NCBI GenBank assembly: GCA_964589775.1
Contig: CAZPUN010000003.1
Span: 1 to 27,464 of the forward strand
Length of the DNA: 27,464 bases
From: an uncultured archaeon
GTDB lineage: Archaea > Asgardarchaeota > Thorarchaeia > Thorarchaeales > CAZPUN01
Direction: 5' to 3'
Below, piece by piece: positions 26,596 through 27,464 of the stretch. The number at the start of each line of letters is the position of its first letter. The first letter of the stretch is position 1. A model generated the notes under the pieces. The model had not been told where the DNA came from, made no database searches, and saw only the letters and a program-made list of their open reading frames with translations. Position numbers and translations under genes: made by a program.

Positions 26596-27464
26596 ATGAA
26601 GGAACAAAAAAATAGAAAATATAGAGATTCTATTTTCAAAAATATATTTGAACACGCTTTTTCAAAGTATAAAGATAGTATCCAAATACTCACAGAAGTC
26701 GAAGTCCGCAGAGAACCCAGATATATCGATATTGCATTTATTAAAAAAGAAGAGACGATCCCAGAAAAAGCACCATTATATACAATTATTAAAAATATGA
26801 AAAAATGGACCGTTATCGAATTCAAAAGCGAAATGGATAGACCAAATAAGAATATATTTGCCAAAGGCCTTGGGTATTTAGCCGACCTGCTAGAAAACAA
26901 AAATGTAGATTTGAATGATTTCCCAGATACATCATTTTGCCTTATTACGGTTAATGTGCCAAAATTCTTGAAATATTATATTCAATCATTTTTCAAAAAA
27001 ATTGCAGAAGGAATATATTCATCAACTATTAAAAATATCCCTAGAATAATAGTTGTCCTGATAAATGAACTAGAATATTCAGAGGAAAATAAGCCACTCT
27101 TAATATTCGCAACTAATGAAAAAATTAAAGATGTCATCAAAAGAATAATAATTGAATCAAAAGATAATACTTATCTTTCTATTTTGTATATATTACATAA
27201 GAATGAGGTGGTGAAAATAGCCGAAAGTATTGGCGTACAAATTGATCCATATTCGATTAGTATTAAAAGTGCCATCGAAGAAATCGGTATTGATAGAGTA
27301 ATCGAAGAAATCGGTATTGATAGAGTAGTCAATTCAGTAGGATTTGATAAAGTCATTAGTGCGGTAGGTATTGAGGCTCTATTTCAAATTCCAAAAGAAA
27401 TAATGTTTGAATTAATTGAAAAAGCGGAATCCGAAGGAAAAATAACTAAAGAATTAGCGAATAA
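26596..27464 (+). CDS. 3'-truncated Rpn/YhgA-like PD-(D/E)XK nuclease-fold protein (missing from the ORF track)
   Basis: Frame open from ATG 26596 to the window end: MKEQKNRKYRDSIFKNIF...EVRREPRYIDIAFI...TVIEFKSEMD...KGLGYLADL...VLINELEYSEENKPLLIFA. The DxxFK, RxxD and IExK motifs occur in the order seen in Rpn-like proteins. Confidence 0.8.
   Translation, partial: MKEQKNRKYRDSIFKNIFEHAFSKYKDSIQILTEVEVRREPRYIDIAFIKKEETIPEKAPLYTIIKNMKKWTVIEFKSEMDRPNKNIFAKGLGYLADLLENKNVDLNDFPDTSFCLITVNVPKFLKYYIQSFFKKIAEGIYSSTIKNIPRIIVVLINELEYSEENKPLLIFATNEKIKDVIKRIIIESKDNTYLSILYILHKNEVVKIAESIGVQIDPYSISIKSAIEEIGIDRVIEEIGIDRVVNSVGFDKVISAVGIEALFQIPKEIMFELIEKAESEGKITKELAN
27274..27381 (+). repeat. 27-bp (9-aa) coding tandem repeat: two identical plus two degenerate units
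   Basis: ATCGAAGAAATCGGTATTGATAGAGTA at 27274-27300 and 27301-27327. The peptide units are IEEIGIDRV, IEEIGIDRV, VNSVGFDKV and ISAVGIEAL. Confidence 0.92.

Noticed and set aside
27274-27327. 27-bp repeats as a CRISPR array
   Set aside because: The units are directly adjacent with no spacers and are in-frame coding sequence.
614-27356. Antisense or overlapping ORFs in the track (e.g. 18037..18582, 22887..23453, 23885..24472, 26520..26900, 27171..27356)
   Set aside because: They are shadows of well-supported genes on the opposite strand or in another frame, with no motifs of their own.

Overview
AT-rich chromosomal window of an archaeon. It has GGAG/GAGGTG Shine-Dalgarno motifs, TATA-type promoters, oligo-T terminators and sequon-rich surface proteins with C-terminal anchors. 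The gene content suggests Asgard archaea (Thorarchaeia-like), which is inference only. In order: the 3' part of an anchored surface protein; a GC-rich intergenic island; an S8 protease whose C-terminal half resembles eukaryotic site-1 protease (S1P/SKI-1/MBTPS1); a small uncharacterised protein; a carboxylesterase; an MFS transporter; a metallophosphoesterase; grpE-dnaK-dnaJ preceded by a wHTH regulator and two small membrane proteins; glyoxylate reductase; a nitroreductase; a 1566-aa pyrolysin-like surface S8 protease preceded by an 85-nt leader hairpin; three orphan genes (100-aa acidic protein, 3-TM/coiled-coil protein, 8-Cys basic protein); a CLC-CBS protein; 3-hydroxyacyl-CoA dehydrogenase; a type IIA P-type ATPase; and a truncated Rpn-like PD-(D/E)XK gene absent from the ORF track, with an internal SD and 27-bp tandem repeats. 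No rRNA, tRNA, CRISPR array or intact transposase was seen. Best leads are the S1P-like protease, the possible intragenic antitoxin in the Rpn-like gene, and two candidate structured RNAs.
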